Part shown: positions 1 through 10,534 of the stretch, one piece after another | How the letters are laid out: every line of letters starts with the position of its first letter | Position numbering within the stretch: position 1 is the first letter of the stretch | Source: a virus | Lineage: Duplodnaviria; Caudoviricetes | Direction: 5' to 3' (one strand) | Virus record (IMG/VR): IMGVR_UViG_3300030012_000996 | Span: 1-50,230 of that record | Length of the DNA: 50,230 nt | Position numbers and translations under genes: made by a program | Notes under the pieces: model-generated | Database searches by the model: none | What the model saw: the letters and a program-made list of their open reading frames with translations, nothing else | What the model was told of the DNA's origin: nothing

Positions 1-77
1 GATCCAGTGTCGGTATATTCATAGAAACTGCTTTCCTCTGGCAACCAAAAGGTGTAGCCTGAAAACTCGTTCTTATC
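1..77. repeat. 77-bp terminal direct repeat, identical to 50154-50230 (circular assembly overlap)
   Basis: Bases 1-77 match 50154-50230 exactly. 77 is a common assembler k-mer, and an ORF reads through the junction. Confidence 0.95.
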
Positions 78-647
78 TCTGAATGAATAGTAGTAGTCAT
101 TCGGATCGTAATAGAACTCGTCGGTATCGTCAAAGTGAATGAAGATGTTACCTCTATAAATAGCGCTTCCTTCGTCGTCTGTAGTTTCAGTGTCCTCTAT
201 ATAGACGTTGTACGTAGCCTTTTTAGGTTTCTCTAAGTTTTTACCGGACAGAGCTCGCAAGTCCTGATCATCTAATATGTTTTGATCTGGACCCAGTCCG
301 ATGATTTGCTTGAGTTCTTCTTCTGACAACTTGACTTCCGATTCAGTCTGAATGAAAGTTGACTTATACGGCAAGAAGTAATCTAAATCTTCCTGAAGTT
401 TGAGAACTTCTTCTTCCGTAAGATGATTATCCAAATTGGTTTCAAGCGGCATGTAGAACTTCATAGCCTGCTGTATTCTTTTAGTGTGGTAATCAAGAAA
501 GCCTTTGAAAACGTTTGCCCCCACAACGCGCTCCGTTTTATGGTTAGCTATGTGACTTGCATTGACAAAGGTTTTTTCAAACTTCTCTTTATCCTTAATG
601 AATAGAGAGTGTGAGTGCAATAGTTTCTGTAATACTAAATGGTTCAT
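1..647 (-). CDS. 5' part of a ~355-aa hypothetical protein spanning the contig junction (647->1, then 50153->49733)
   Basis: ATG at 647 overlaps the TGA of the 644-865 gene (ATGA). Frame MNHLVLQKLLHSHSLFIKDK... is in register with ORF 49733..50197. I checked both ends of the frame, not every middle codon. Confidence 0.8.
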   Translation of the reverse strand, partial: MNHLVLQKLLHSHSLFIKDKEKFEKTFVNASHIANHKTERVVGANVFKGFLDYHTKRIQQAMKFYMPLETNLDNHLTEEEVLKLQEDLDYFLPYKSTFIQTESEVKLSEEELKQIIGLGPDQNILDDQDLRALSGKNLEKPKKATYNVYIEDTETTDDEGSAIYRGNIFIHFDDTDEFYYDPNDYYYSFRDKNEFSGYTFWLPEESSFYEYTDTG

Positions 648-865
648 GATATTTCACTCAACAATTTATCTTGAACTCTTTCAACCGCCTTGAGATGTTT
701 CCGGGCTGACTTGATTTCAGCTTCGTTTACGGCCCTATTAATAGAGGTGTCATCTTTATACAATTCTCTATTGCCTATGTGCCAACGAAGATTTTCTTCA
801 TAGTCGCAGATCGCGTATTCCAGAGCCATTCTTAAAGACTCCTGTTCTAGTTTAGTAAGTTTCAT
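644..865 (-). CDS. hypothetical protein, 73 aa
   Basis: AGGAG RBS, promoter directly upstream, coupled to the next gene. Confidence 0.8.
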   Translation of the reverse strand: MKLTKLEQESLRMALEYAICDYEENLRWHIGNRELYKDDTSINRAVNEAEIKSARKHLKAVERVQDKLLSEIS

Positions 866-893
866 TTTATCTCCTAAGTTTTATATTTATCCG

Positions 894-937
894 ATTATAT
901 GCCGATTTAGGAAAAATAGTTAACCTTTTTTGGAATA
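894..937 (-). promoter_or_regulatory. leftward sigma70-like promoter with TATTCCAAAAAAGG upstream motif (copy 1)
   Basis: Minus strand: TATTCCAAAAAAGG-TTAACT-18 bp-TATAAT, followed by AGGAG and ATG. Confidence 0.7.
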
Positions 938-1004
938 ATAATTTTTTATAAAAGTTTTGACTATATGTTGTGCTTATGTTTTGCTTTATGTACTATATGT
1001 AGAT

Positions 1005-2057
1005 ATGCCTATTCCGAAACCGACAGCTAACGAAAGTAGGCAACAATTTTTAGATAGATGTATGGGAGATGACACTATGACCAGTGAGTATACCGATTCA
1101 GACCAACGCCTAGCTGTCTGTAGCACAAGTTACGATTCAAGCAAAGAAGATTCCATTGAGAATGACGACAAGGAAGAACTACGCAGAGACGTATTTGATA
1201 ATCCCGGGGAAGCAGCAGCCAGAGCAAAAGAAATTGGCTGCGAGGGAATTCATTCACACGACGAAGACGGAAACAAGGTGTTCATGCCTTGCGCTACGCA
1301 TTCCGAGTACGAGGAATTAACAGGCCAGGAAGTCTCGGGCTACAAACCTAAAAAACCTAAAAAAAGCGACGATCAAGAATTAGACAATGTTGCCGAACTA
1401 AAAGAGTCCATTGAAATAAAATCACGCATCAAGGCATATACTGATGACGAGGAAGATAAAAACTATGGCACGTTTGAGGGATACGGCTCCGTTTTCGGTA
1501 ACAAAGATTTAGGAAATGACGTCATTGAGAAAGGCGCATTCGCTAAATCACTAAAGAAAAGAAAACCAGCAAACGTTAAGCTGCTTTATCAGCACAAATC
1601 TGATATGCCTATCGGAGTCTTTGACGAAATAAAAGAAGACGATCACGGACTGGTTGTTAAAGGTAGGTTGGCTCTAAAGACACAAGCAGGAGCCGAAGCC
1701 TACGAATTATTAAAAATGGGAGCCCTTGACGGCCTATCAATAGGTTTCAGGGTAAACCCTAAAGAAGTTTCATACGATAAGCGCGGTAACAAGCGAATTA
1801 TCAAAGAAGTAGATTTAATGGAAGTAAGCCTAGTAACTTTCCCGATGAACCCACAGGCAACTGTGAGATCGGTAAAAGGTGAACAGTATTCCATAAGAGA
1901 ATGGGAGAATGGACTGCGTGATGCATTCAGCTTATCTCGTTCAGAAGCAAAGGTTGCTGCAAAGGCAGTGACTAAGTGTTTTGATCAACGAGAGGTTGAT
2001 GAAAGTGCAGAACTGGTAGAAGCCATAAAAGAACTAACTTTAACCTTAAAATCTTAA
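1005..2057 (+). CDS. HK97-family prohead protease with N-terminal passenger domains
   Basis: FEGYGSVFGNKD, LLYQH, GLSIGF and EVSLVTFPMNPQA are peptidase S78 motifs. Likely start is MPIPKP at 1005. Confidence 0.93.
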   Translation: MPIPKPTANESRQQFLDRCMGDDTMTSEYTDSDQRLAVCSTSYDSSKEDSIENDDKEELRRDVFDNPGEAAARAKEIGCEGIHSHDEDGNKVFMPCATHSEYEELTGQEVSGYKPKKPKKSDDQELDNVAELKESIEIKSRIKAYTDDEEDKNYGTFEGYGSVFGNKDLGNDVIEKGAFAKSLKKRKPANVKLLYQHKSDMPIGVFDEIKEDDHGLVVKGRLALKTQAGAEAYELLKMGALDGLSIGFRVNPKEVSYDKRGNKRIIKEVDLMEVSLVTFPMNPQATVRSVKGEQYSIREWENGLRDAFSLSRSEAKVAAKAVTKCFDQREVDESAELVEAIKELTLTLKS

Positions 2058-2069
2058 TAGGAGTAAATT

Positions 2070-3284
2070 ATGTCGGAAGATATAAAGAACGCTATTTCAG
2101 ACTTAGGTCAAACCTTTGAAGAATTTAAAAAGGTCAATGACGAAAGACTGGAAAACATTGAGAAAGGCGATAGTTCAGCATATAACGAAGAAAAATTAGC
2201 CAAGTTAGAAGCCAAACTGGATTCTTACGAGGAAATGAACCAGAAGTTAACAACTGCTGAAGCTAACGCTGAACAAATCAAGGAGCAAGTTTCCAAAATT
2301 GAGACTATGGTCACCAGACCAGACTCAGGCTTTGAAAGCAAGCAAGTTGATGAGTATCTCAACGCTTTTGACAAATATTGCAGAAAAGGCATTGACGGCC
2401 TAGACGCAGTAGAGAAGAAAGCGCTAACAGTCAGCAATGACACAACAGGCGGATATTTAGCACCACCTGAGTACGTGAGAGAATTGTTAAAAACAATTAC
2501 TGAAATCTCACCTATCAGAAGTATTGCTAGAGTTCGTTCCACAGGCGCAAGAAGCATCCAAATCCCAAAAAGAGACGGACAGTTTTCAGCACAGTGGGTA
2601 TCAGAAACTGGCACTAGAAGTGAAACAACTGGCTACACAGTCGGCTTAGAAGAACTACCTGCACACGAAATGTATGCATTGGTTGATATTTCCGAGCAAG
2701 ACTTAGAAGACACAGTGTTTGACTTAGAAGCTGAAATGCAATCAGAGTTCGCAGAGCAATTTGCAAAAGCTGAAGGCAACGCATTTGTAGTCGGCGACGC
2801 AATAGGAAAACCTCATGGATTCATGGATCACTCAGGCGTGGGACATGTTAATTCAGGAAGCGCTTCTGCTGTAACTGCTGACGGACTTATTTCATTGGTA
2901 CACAACATTAAGTCTGACTACACAAGAAACGGTACTTTCGTTTTCAATAGAGCTACTTTAGCTTCTATCAGGAAATTAAAAGATACTGCTGGTCAGTACG
3001 TGTTCCAAACTGGAATGATGCTAGGTGGAAACATGGTTAACACCATTCTAGGCCACCCATACGTTGAAGCTACCGATATGCCAAGCGAAGGTTCTAACAC
3101 TTTCCCAGTTGCTTTCGGTGATTTCAGAAGAGCCTATATGATCGTTGATAGAGTAAATCTTGCTGTATTGCGTGATCCATTCACACAAGCTACAACTGGT
3201 AATGTAAGATACATTGCTAGAAAGCGTGTTGGTGGTCAGGTAATCCAGAAGGAAGCTATCAATAAACTTAAATGTTCTACTTAA
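2070..3284 (+). CDS. HK97-fold major capsid protein
   Basis: Coiled-coil delta domain, GGYLAPPE, EGNAFVVGD, ILGHPY, FGDF, LRDPF; follows the protease; AGGAG RBS. Confidence 0.96.
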   Translation: MSEDIKNAISDLGQTFEEFKKVNDERLENIEKGDSSAYNEEKLAKLEAKLDSYEEMNQKLTTAEANAEQIKEQVSKIETMVTRPDSGFESKQVDEYLNAFDKYCRKGIDGLDAVEKKALTVSNDTTGGYLAPPEYVRELLKTITEISPIRSIARVRSTGARSIQIPKRDGQFSAQWVSETGTRSETTGYTVGLEELPAHEMYALVDISEQDLEDTVFDLEAEMQSEFAEQFAKAEGNAFVVGDAIGKPHGFMDHSGVGHVNSGSASAVTADGLISLVHNIKSDYTRNGTFVFNRATLASIRKLKDTAGQYVFQTGMMLGGNMVNTILGHPYVEATDMPSEGSNTFPVAFGDFRRAYMIVDRVNLAVLRDPFTQATTGNVRYIARKRVGGQVIQKEAINKLKCST

Positions 3285-3294
3285 GGGGTAAACT

Positions 3295-3756
3295 ATGCAA
3301 GATTTAACAAATAATATTGTCGTAGAGAACTCAATCATCAACGCTGTCAAAACTGCTGCTGCTAACGGCACAGGAATTGACCTTAAAGGCTTTGAAGAGG
3401 CTACCGCTATAGTAAGCGTGGGTGCAGAGGGCGATACGCTTTCTTCATCAGTTTACTTTGAAATATCACTAGAGCACTCTGATGATGATTCAACTTATAC
3501 CGATTGCGTACAAGCTGATATTATCAACGGAACTATCGCGGCTGGTGGTATCTGGTTGAAACTGGACGGCACCACTGACGGTGATCCAGGAACAGCTGGT
3601 GGTCAATGGCAGCTTGGTTATGTAGGTGGTAAGAGATACGTAAGATTGGTACTTGCTAAGACAGGTACTCATTCTAACGGTACTCCTATCAGCGGACTAA
3701 TTGTCAAGAGCAGACCTCGTGTCGCTCCTAAGACAAACGTCGTACATAACGCTTAA
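3295..3756 (+). CDS. putative capsid decoration/cement protein
   Basis: Beta-rich 153-aa protein directly after the capsid gene, ending KRYVRLV; followed by a terminator. Confidence 0.6.
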   Translation: MQDLTNNIVVENSIINAVKTAAANGTGIDLKGFEEATAIVSVGAEGDTLSSSVYFEISLEHSDDDSTYTDCVQADIINGTIAAGGIWLKLDGTTDGDPGTAGGQWQLGYVGGKRYVRLVLAKTGTHSNGTPISGLIVKSRPRVAPKTNVVHNA

Positions 3757-3767
3757 TTGGGCAAATC

Positions 3768-3796
3768 TCGGGGGGCGTAAAAACCCCCCTCTTTTA
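3768..3796 (+). terminator. intrinsic terminator after the capsid operon
   Basis: GGGGG-cgtaaaaa-CCCCC stem followed by tctttt. Confidence 0.65.
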
Positions 3797-3807
3797 GGGT
3801 ATTAACA

Positions 3808-4176
3808 ATGGCAAGAACATTCAAAATTATAGTTCCTAAGCCTGCTTCGGCTAATAAAAACGGAACAGACGTAAGACTTTACACGGCTGACGAAATCGTC
3901 AAATCTGAGGGCAAGTGGCAAGACGAGGTCATGGAAACCTTCGTAGAAAACGGTTGGGCCCTTGAAGTAAAAGTTGATTCAGCAGAAGAAGCTGTAGAAG
4001 TAGAGGCAGAAGTCAAAGAAGTAAAAAGAGCAAGAAATTCAAAAGGTCAACTTCAAGGCGACGATCCAAGCACTCCTGATGTAAACGAAGCATGGGAAGG
4101 CGGCAAAGCGCCAAAGAAAACTACTGCAAAAAAGAAAACTACTAAAAAGAAAACAACAAAGAAAGCATCAAGTTAA
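3808..4176 (+). CDS. hypothetical head-associated protein with Lys-rich tail
   Basis: KRARNSKGQLQGDDPSTPDVNEAW motif and KKTTAKKKTTKKK C-terminus; lies in the head cluster. Confidence 0.7.
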   Translation: MARTFKIIVPKPASANKNGTDVRLYTADEIVKSEGKWQDEVMETFVENGWALEVKVDSAEEAVEVEAEVKEVKRARNSKGQLQGDDPSTPDVNEAWEGGKAPKKTTAKKKTTKKKTTKKASS

Positions 4177-4246
4177 ATTCTTTGTTATAGTAAAACGAGC
4201 AGATGCTTTGAAATGGTAGATACCATGCAATTTATAGGAAGTTTTA

Positions 4247-4597
4247 ATGAGTGCAGGTTATCATCATTTCATAATAGAGCAGGGGGCTACATTTGGTCAG
4301 ACCCTTACGCTCAAGGATTCGTCAGACGCATTAATTAATCTAACAGGTTTTTCCGGTGCTATGCAGCTTAGGGAAAATCCAGACGCTTCGTCAGCAGTTT
4401 TAGAAATCACAACAGCGAACAGTCGTATGACTATGGGCGGAAACGCAGGAACTATAACGCTTGCTGTAAGCGCAACAGATACGGCAGCATTGACAGCATC
4501 TGACGGAGTTTTTGACCTAGAAATAACAAGTGGAGCCGGAGTTGTTACTAGGCTCATTGAAGGAACTTACAGCATAAGAAGGAATATAACCAGATGA
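4247..4597 (+). CDS. small beta-sandwich fibre adaptor-like structural protein
   Basis: IEQGATF...NLTGF..MQLR...FDLEI...RLIEG pattern; ATGA-coupled to the giant fibre gene. Confidence 0.6.
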   Translation: MSAGYHHFIIEQGATFGQTLTLKDSSDALINLTGFSGAMQLRENPDASSAVLEITTANSRMTMGGNAGTITLAVSATDTAALTASDGVFDLEITSGAGVVTRLIEGTYSIRRNITR

Positions 4598-7500
4598 GTG
4601 CGGTTGATTCCATAACAATTACCAATACCGACCAGACAAATCAGATAGAGATAACATCTACTGACGGGATCACGATAACAACTGTAGGTACTCAAGGTTT
4701 AGCAGGACCGAGCGCAATAATGAGTCGTGGTTTAGACCAGACCACAGCAACATCTACAAACAACGGCGCATTGCTTGTCTACGATCATGGCAACGAGAAA
4801 TGGACTGCATCAAACACAAGCGCAGCACAATCACTTACACAATTAATCTATAACCTTCAAATTGGTGGCGGTGGAACGACTGTAACAACCATACTTGATC
4901 AAGACAACATGTCATCTAATAGTGCTACGGCGCTTGCCACACAACAAAGCATAAAGGCCTATGTTGACAGCCAAGTAACAGCACAAGACTTAGACTTAAC
5001 GGACGGTGACGGAAACAACCTTTCAATTGACCTTGATTCGCAAACATTAGGACTGATAGGTGGCGACGGAATTGATTCAACTATTAGTAGTACAAACTTC
5101 ACATTTAGTCTTGATTCAACAGTAACTAGATTATCAGCGCATCAGACATTAACAAACAAAACGCTTACGAGCCCAGTCTTAAATGGCACTCTTTCAGGAA
5201 CAGCTTTTCTTGACGAGGACAATTTTGCGTCAAACAGCGCAACAGCAGTAGCATCTCAACAATCTATTAAAGCATTTGTTGAGGCAGCTATTACAGCAGA
5301 AGATTTAGACATTACTGACGGTAGCAACAACGGCTCTATTGATTTAGATTCAGAAACACTTGGTATATTAGGCGGTACAGGATTAACTTCTAGTCTTAGC
5401 GGTAATAACATTACCTTAGCAATAGATAGCACCGTAGCAACGCTTACAGGCACGCAGACGCTAACAAATAAGACATTAACTGCACCAGTCATTGCTACAA
5501 TCAGCAATTCTGGAACGGTAACGCTTCCTACAGGAACTGAAACACTTGTAGGTCGTGCAACGACAGATACACTTACGAATAAGACGCTTACTGCGCCAAC
5601 AATTAATTCGCCAAAGTTAAATGATTCAACAACCGTAACTACTACAGGCGCGGAACTAAATATTCTTGACGGCGGAACTTCTGCATCATCTGTGGTGATA
5701 GTAGACGCAGATCAAATCATTGTTAATGATAATGGAACAATGAAACAGATCGCTGTTACTAGGCTAGACACATATGTTTCAGGCACGACAGCAACGCTAA
5801 CCAATAAAACACTAACAAGCCCGGTATTGAACGGAACTCTATCTGGAAACGCATTCCTGGACGAAGACGATATGTCTTCAAACTCGGCTACGAAGGTTGC
5901 ATCGCAGCAAAGTATTAAGGCTTACGTAGACGCACAACTTACTGCGCAGGACTTGGACGTTTCCGACGGCAGCAACGACATATCAATAGACTTAGACAGC
6001 GAGAGTCTTACTTTAGCTGGTGGAACCGGCCTAACATCTACAGCAAATACAAATACAGTTACTTTTGCAATAGACGGAACCGTAGCAACACTTGCAGGAA
6101 GCCAGACATTAACAAATAAGACCATAGACGTTGACAATAACACGCTGTCAAACATAGAGGTAGACAACTTAAAATCCGGTGTCCTAGACACTGATTTAAC
6201 GAGCGTGGCTGCGACAGATACCACTATTGCTTCTGCTAAGGCCATAAAAACCTACGTTGATAGTCAAGTTACTGCGCAAGACTTAGACATTTCGGACGGA
6301 TCAAATAGCATAGCTATTGATCTTGATAGTGAAACTCTATCTTTGCTCGGTGGAACTGGAATTACGTCTACAGCTTCAAACAACGGTGTTACGTTCGCGA
6401 TAGGTCAATCGGTTGGAACCTCTGACAACGTACAGTTTGGAACCGTTACGGCGGCCTTAAGCGGAAATGCAAGTACGGCTACAGCACTAGAGACAGCAAG
6501 AAACATAGGCGGAGTTTCTTTTGACGGAACATCAAGCATTAATCTGCCAGGAGTTAACGCGACTGGTAATCAGGACACTAGCGGTAATGCGGCAACGGCT
6601 ACAGCTTTAGCAACTGGTCGCACAATAGCCCTTAGTGGAGACGTGACTGCCTCTGGCGTTAGTTTTGACGGAACAGGTAACATAAGCCTAACTACAACAA
6701 TTGCTGCAAATAGCGTGGCTCTGGGAACAGACACCACAGGTGATTATGTAGGAACAATCACCGGAGGTACCGGTATTGATTCGTCTGGGGCAACTAGCGG
6801 TGAAGGAATAGCGCACACTCTAAGCCTTGATCTGAATGAACTAGCCACTGAAACAACTATAGCTGATGATGACTTCATAGCTATGGTGGACGCTACCGAT
6901 AGCGCAAGTGGGAAAATTACATTTGAAAACTTAGAAGATGCCATATTTAGCTCTGTTAGCGGTGATATTGCAATAGCGGAAGACGGAACGGCTACTATAC
7001 AGGCAAACAGTGTTGCTCTAAGTACAGATACAACCGGTAATTATGTAGCTGGAATAAGCGGTACCACTAATGAGATAGAGGTATCAGGTTCAGGAAGCGA
7101 GGGCGCATCTGTAACTATAGGCTTGCCAGACAACGTAACAATATCAGGCAATCTAACTGTAAATGGTACGACGACCACTACAGACACTAATGAACTTCAT
7201 GTAAACGACCCATTAATTAAGTTAGCAAAAGATAATACAGCCAATTCAATTGACATAGGCTTTTACGGACAATATAGGGCATCAGGTTCCAACAATCAAT
7301 TTACAGGTTTATTCAGGGACCAAAACGATAGCGGTAAATACAAGCTATTTGAATTGCTAGAAGCAGAGCCCACAACTACAGTCAACACAAGCGGTACTGG
7401 TTACCAAGCTGCAACCTTAGTAGCTAATTTTGAAGGCCCACTAACAGGTAACGCATCAACTGCTACTGCATTAGCAACAGCGAGAGCAATCGCACTTTCA

Positions 7501-10500
7501 GGAGACGTAGTTGGAACAGCGAACTTTGACGGTTCTGCAGGCATATCAATAAGCACGACCATACAAGCAAACTCTGTAGCATTGGGAACCGACACGACTG
7601 GAAACTATGTAGCTACTATCGCAGGCACATCTAACGAAATTGAAGTAAGCGGTAGCGGAAGCGAAACAGCTGCCGTAACCATAGGCTTACCTGCTGCAAC
7701 CGAAGTTACAACTTCTTTAGGCGTAGGTGGAGGCTCAACTAACGGAGTCGTTATAGAACAAGGCGCAATCAAGATCAAGAATGGCGGCACACAGTCAAAC
7801 ATTCTATTCTATTGCGAGTCCAGTAACGCCCACTATGTAAAATTACAAGCCCCAGCGCATAGCGCATTCAGTGGCAATCCGACGTTAACACTACCGGCAA
7901 CTACAGGAACCATAGTCGCTTCAGGCGATAGCGGTACGGTTAGTAATACCATGTTGGCAAATTCAAGCGTCAACTTTGGTGGCGTAAGTCTTGCACTAGG
8001 AGCGAGCGATACAACTCCTGCGTTTAACCTACAAGATGCGACTGGTTATCCAACTTCGTCTTTGACTGGGACGATTACCAATTCGCAACTAGCAGGCAGT
8101 ATAGCTAATAGCAAATTAGCCAACTCCTCAGTCAGCTTTGGCGGTATTTCGCTTGCTCTCGGTGCTTCTGATGCAACACCAGCTTTTGACCTATCAGATG
8201 CTACAAACTACCCGACTAGCAGTCTTTCTGGAACAATTACAAACGCCCAGCTTGCCGGGTCCATTGCTAACTCTAAACTATCAAACAGTGCCATAACTGT
8301 AAGCGACGGCTCTAACACTACCGCCGTTGCACTAGGCAGCACGATAACTTTTGCTGCAGGCGAAGGACTGGACGTAGCTGAAAGCTCTGGAACTGTAACT
8401 TTTTCTGCAGAAGACGCAACGAGTTCTAATAAGGGCGTAGCTTCATTCACAAGCGATTTTTCTGTTAGCAGTGGCGCAGTATCTCTTGGTGCTTCAGGTG
8501 TAACCGCAGCGAGCTATGGAAGCGCTACAGCAGTTCCAGTCGTAACCATTGATGCTAAAGGTAGAGTTACAAGTGCCACAACCGCAGCAATATCAACAAG
8601 TTTTACTTTAACAGACGGATCAAATAACCAGACTATATCAGGTGGTGACACCCTAACAGTTGCGGGAACAAGCAACGAGGTGGACGTAGCGGTAAGCGCT
8701 ACCGACACACTTACTATTGGGTTGCCTAATGACGTTACTATTTCTAATAATTTAACAGTAAGTGGAAACTTATCTGTTACCGGTACTACAACACAGACAG
8801 GTTCAGTTGTAACAGACAATAACTTTACCGGCCTGACAAACGCGAACAGCGCCAACTCTACTGACTTCGGTTTCTATGGTAAGTATGTCGTATCTAGCAC
8901 AACAAAATACGCAGGTATTTACTATGATGCTTCCGATAGCGGAACGTTCAAGATATTTAAAGATACACAGACTGCGCCTAGCACAACGGTAAATGCTAGT
9001 GCAACTGGATATGCGGCAGCCGATCTTGTAATCGCGGGCCTTACAACTAGCGGAATAACGATTGGAAGTACGGCAGTTACATCAACCGCAGCAGAACTTA
9101 ATATCCTGGACGGCGTAACTTCTACTGCAGCAGAGATAAATATATTAGACGGGGTAACAGCTACCACTTCAGAAATAAACATTCTTGACGGCGATACAAG
9201 CGCTTCAAGCACAACGCTCGCTGACGCCGACAGGGTTGTAGTAAACGACAACGGAACCATGAAACAGGTCGCACTTACCGACTTTGAAACATACTTTGAG
9301 TCTGCCTTAGACACTCTAAACAATGTTACAAGCATAGGAACTCTCGGATCGCTAACTGTTAGTGGAGACGTAACAGTTGATACGAACACACTTAAGGTTG
9401 ACAGTTCAAATAACCGTGTAGGTATAGGAAATGCCTCGCCTGATGTTTCTTTGGATATAGGCTCGTTTACTGACGCTATACACGTACCGGTAGGGACCAC
9501 TGCACAAAGGCCCGGTAGTCCCGCAGCAGGTTACTTTAGATACAACAGCACAACAAGCAAGTTTGAGGGTTACACAGATGAATGGGGCGAGATAGCAGGC
9601 GGTGGCGGTGCTTCAGCTATGGAGACCAACAACTTCACTGGCGACGGAAGCACTACAGCTTTCACACTAAGCAGTTCTGTAAGTAGTGAAGATGACTTAA
9701 TAGTATTCATAGAGGGCGTATTCCAGAATAAAGCTGACTATGCGGCAAGCGGAACTACTATCACATTTGATACCGCGCCAGCTAATACAAGAAAGGTAGT
9801 CGTATTCCATATTAGGAGTTCAATATCAGGCTCTAGCGTATTACAGAACGGATTTACCGGAGACGGCTCAACAACGGCTTTTACTCTAAGCGCGGCGCCT
9901 AACAACGAAAACAATACGCAGGTATACCTAAACGGTGTTTACCAAAACAAAAGCACCTATTCTACAAGTGGAACAACACTAACATTTAGCACCGCTCCAG
10001 CTAACGGGGTTGCGATTGAAGTAATAGTTTTATCGCAGACAACAATTAATGTGCCTGCATCAAACGCAGTCACCACAAGTACGATAGCAGACGGAAATGT
10101 AACGACAAATAAAATAAATGATGATGCGGTAACACTTGCGAAAATGGCAGGACTCGCTAGAGGAAAGCTAATCGTAGGAGACGCATCGGGCAACCCAAGC
10201 GCATTAGCTCTGGGCGCTGCAAACTACGTACTTACGTCGGACGGAAACGATGTTACGTGGGCCGCTTCACAAGTAGAAGAATCGCCCTCGTTTACAGGTA
10301 ATGTAGCAGTCGGAGGAACTCTCGGTGTAACAGGAACAGCAACATTCTCCGGATTAGTTGACGCGGCTACAATAGACGGGGAAAATTTTAAAGTAAACGG
10401 AGCCCAAGGATCAGACGGGCAATTATTAACATCTACTGGTTCTGGAGTAGCGTGGGAAGACGCACCGTCCAGTGGAGCATCTAAAGGTTTAGCTCTAGCT

Positions 10501-10518
10501 TTTAGCTTAATCTTTTAA
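4594..10518 (+). CDS. giant 1974-aa fibre-like virion protein with internal repeats
   Basis: Thr/Ser/Gly/Ala-rich; repeated QTLTNKTLTSP, KAYVDSQVTAQDLD, GNASTATALAT, AELNILDG and FTGDGSTTAFTLS modules. Confidence 0.8.
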   Translation: MSAVDSITITNTDQTNQIEITSTDGITITTVGTQGLAGPSAIMSRGLDQTTATSTNNGALLVYDHGNEKWTASNTSAAQSLTQLIYNLQIGGGGTTVTTILDQDNMSSNSATALATQQSIKAYVDSQVTAQDLDLTDGDGNNLSIDLDSQTLGLIGGDGIDSTISSTNFTFSLDSTVTRLSAHQTLTNKTLTSPVLNGTLSGTAFLDEDNFASNSATAVASQQSIKAFVEAAITAEDLDITDGSNNGSIDLDSETLGILGGTGLTSSLSGNNITLAIDSTVATLTGTQTLTNKTLTAPVIATISNSGTVTLPTGTETLVGRATTDTLTNKTLTAPTINSPKLNDSTTVTTTGAELNILDGGTSASSVVIVDADQIIVNDNGTMKQIAVTRLDTYVSGTTATLTNKTLTSPVLNGTLSGNAFLDEDDMSSNSATKVASQQSIKAYVDAQLTAQDLDVSDGSNDISIDLDSESLTLAGGTGLTSTANTNTVTFAIDGTVATLAGSQTLTNKTIDVDNNTLSNIEVDNLKSGVLDTDLTSVAATDTTIASAKAIKTYVDSQVTAQDLDISDGSNSIAIDLDSETLSLLGGTGITSTASNNGVTFAIGQSVGTSDNVQFGTVTAALSGNASTATALETARNIGGVSFDGTSSINLPGVNATGNQDTSGNAATATALATGRTIALSGDVTASGVSFDGTGNISLTTTIAANSVALGTDTTGDYVGTITGGTGIDSSGATSGEGIAHTLSLDLNELATETTIADDDFIAMVDATDSASGKITFENLEDAIFSSVSGDIAIAEDGTATIQANSVALSTDTTGNYVAGISGTTNEIEVSGSGSEGASVTIGLPDNVTISGNLTVNGTTTTTDTNELHVNDPLIKLAKDNTANSIDIGFYGQYRASGSNNQFTGLFRDQNDSGKYKLFELLEAEPTTTVNTSGTGYQAATLVANFEGPLTGNASTATALATARAIALSGDVVGTANFDGSAGISISTTIQANSVALGTDTTGNYVATIAGTSNEIEVSGSGSETAAVTIGLPAATEVTTSLGVGGGSTNGVVIEQGAIKIKNGGTQSNILFYCESSNAHYVKLQAPAHSAFSGNPTLTLPATTGTIVASGDSGTVSNTMLANSSVNFGGVSLALGASDTTPAFNLQDATGYPTSSLTGTITNSQLAGSIANSKLANSSVSFGGISLALGASDATPAFDLSDATNYPTSSLSGTITNAQLAGSIANSKLSNSAITVSDGSNTTAVALGSTITFAAGEGLDVAESSGTVTFSAEDATSSNKGVASFTSDFSVSSGAVSLGASGVTAASYGSATAVPVVTIDAKGRVTSATTAAISTSFTLTDGSNNQTISGGDTLTVAGTSNEVDVAVSATDTLTIGLPNDVTISNNLTVSGNLSVTGTTTQTGSVVTDNNFTGLTNANSANSTDFGFYGKYVVSSTTKYAGIYYDASDSGTFKIFKDTQTAPSTTVNASATGYAAADLVIAGLTTSGITIGSTAVTSTAAELNILDGVTSTAAEINILDGVTATTSEINILDGDTSASSTTLADADRVVVNDNGTMKQVALTDFETYFESALDTLNNVTSIGTLGSLTVSGDVTVDTNTLKVDSSNNRVGIGNASPDVSLDIGSFTDAIHVPVGTTAQRPGSPAAGYFRYNSTTSKFEGYTDEWGEIAGGGGASAMETNNFTGDGSTTAFTLSSSVSSEDDLIVFIEGVFQNKADYAASGTTITFDTAPANTRKVVVFHIRSSISGSSVLQNGFTGDGSTTAFTLSAAPNNENNTQVYLNGVYQNKSTYSTSGTTLTFSTAPANGVAIEVIVLSQTTINVPASNAVTTSTIADGNVTTNKINDDAVTLAKMAGLARGKLIVGDASGNPSALALGAANYVLTSDGNDVTWAASQVEESPSFTGNVAVGGTLGVTGTATFSGLVDAATIDGENFKVNGAQGSDGQLLTSTGSGVAWEDAPSSGASKGLALAFSLIF

Positions 10519-10534
10519 TTAACGAGGAAATAAA

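Noticed and set aside
423-605. 60-aa plus-strand ORF
   Set aside because: Antisense to the junction-spanning minus-strand gene.
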